Positions 62,421-64,000 of a stretch of DNA of 64,000 bases are shown here, in pieces. Position 1 is the first letter of the stretch. Each line of letters begins with the position of its first letter. The notes below the pieces were generated by a model. The model made no database searches, was not told the origin of the DNA, and saw only the letters and a program-made list of their open reading frames with translations. The position numbers and the translations under genes are program-made. Source of the DNA: Glaucostegus cemiculus (lineage: Eukaryota). The stretch lies in assembly GCA_976551045.1 (NCBI GenBank), contig CDPCPM010000017.1, positions 4,278,001-4,342,000 of the forward strand, in the 5' to 3' direction.

Positions 62421-64000
62421 ATTCATCACTGGTTGTTGGTATGTTGTACACTCTCTCTGGAATTCATTCCATTGGTGTTAGTAGAATGAACTTCAGAGAC
62501 AAGAGTAGAATGCATTGACTTGACTATATTATGTGTTTAGCTTTAGTGATGAGGGATGAATTTCTAGTCTCATAATGCACAAATAACATGGAACATGAAG
62601 TAGGTGAAGTGAAAGATTATGGTGGAAAGTGAATTATTATAAGAAAAGTTGGAAAATATTGAAAAAATAGCACATGTTACTTTTCTAAAATCCATTATAT
62701 TTTGAAGAATTGAAAATTCACATATGTTATTTTCTAAGGGGGCAGAGAGTTTGCTGAATAATATTTATAATTTTATGTGCTGTTAAAATTTCATTATACC
62801 TCATGCAACAAAACGCAACATCTTTAAAGAGTTCTGTAATAAATGAAGTTTGTAAAGCTCTGGACTTCTCTATAATCAATGATTTCTCTTGATTACCATA
62901 CAGCGCAGCTTGTGGAGGAGCACTAAGATATGAATGACAACTTTGGGGGGAATTGACAAAGTTGTTGTCAGCTTCACAGTGTAATGACTGTGGAACGACA
63001 GTGAATGCCGTGATTCCAATTTCAAAATTCTGGCCATTGACTTAAATAAGCTTATCTAAAACCCAGCAAATGTCCGAGTCAAACTATTTTTTAAGTTGCA
63101 GCTGGACAGATGCAGCTCTTTTGGTCACCTGGAAAATGTTTTTCATCACGACAGCAAAAGTTTTTTTCCTCTCTTCGAAGAATGCAACAGAAAATAAGGG
63201 GACAACTAAAAATCAGCAAATGAAGCCCATGCCCATGAGAAAGGCTGAGTAATTTGATTCCTTATGGTATGGGCTATCAGGCAAGCTGAAGCTGTGCCAG
63301 AAAACTGAAGCACAGATGGGCAGTTTCAAATTAACCCCACAGTTTATTTGAATAACTGGGTAGCTGCCAACACAGGCTGAATACGAAATCAGGTTTATTC
63401 TTTATCTGAGGAGGGCACAAATTAAGAATGAATGAGTTTTACCTCCTTGGAATTCAGGAGACAGAAAAGAGGCAGTGATGATACCTAAGGCTGATAACTC
63501 TATTCAGTTCTGTGCAGATTGCAAAATGACCATTAAGGTAGATGATGAAAAATATGCTCAGCCCACACGTCAAGATAGATATGTATACCAAGTTGACTGG
63601 ATCTGTCCTTTGTTGAAGCCCAGTTGAAGGCTGATGAAAAGAGTTCATGCTATGTGGCACTTAATAAGAGGCTGATTTCTAATACCAAACTCTGGTGTGG
63701 GTTGAAATCTTTACCTCAGATAGTCCAGGCAAACCTGAAGAAGAACAGTGTTTTCATGGAATGAGTCAAGAATGAATCCATCTGATGTCTCAGCAATTCA
63801 TTGTGTACATTAGCAAATGCCTTGTGACACTTTGGCTCACTGCAACATGGAATTGACAAGCTATGGATGCCAGTTCATTCACCTCAACCATGGAAGCTTT
63901 AGATGAGGCCAAGGATTTTTACTCCAGCCTTGGGAGTAAAAGGGAGATAAATTGATCCAGGACAGGAAGGGAACCAACTGTGTGGCAAGGTATGGTCAGA

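Noticed and set aside
62934-62970. Short hairpin tgacaactttg...caaagttgttgtca; similar one at 13042-13099
   Set aside because: Short and imperfect, expected by chance in 64 kb, and too small for a pre-miRNA.

Overview
Vertebrate genomic DNA, most likely from a cartilaginous fish (ray or shark), inferred from its repeat set: V-SINEs, Deu-domain SINEs, CR1/HER1, Penelope-like elements and Rex1/Babar. The only host gene is a Shaker-family potassium channel with an intronless CDS, recognisable as KCNA1/Kv1.1 (5763-7235, minus strand). It lies in a CpG island, with a probable 289-bp 5'-UTR intron, two uORFs and a long, repeat-free 3' UTR (~1.1-5.76 kb). The remaining ~54 kb upstream is intergenic and full of decayed, often nested retroelements (CR1, L2, L1, RTE, Rex1/Babar, Gypsy, Penelope, SINEs). 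Most notable: (i) a dispersed family of Penelope-like termini carrying degenerate minimal type-I hammerhead ribozyme motifs, including a TSD-flanked fold-back copy; (ii) apparent loss of the mammalian I/V RNA-editing hairpin, plus a Kv1.4-like turret proline, in this Kv1.1; (iii) young L1 and Rex1 insertions. No CRISPR, rRNA or genuine tRNA genes were seen. Repeat boundaries were read by eye and are approximate. Family assignments and human comparisons rest on recalled motifs, not on database searches.
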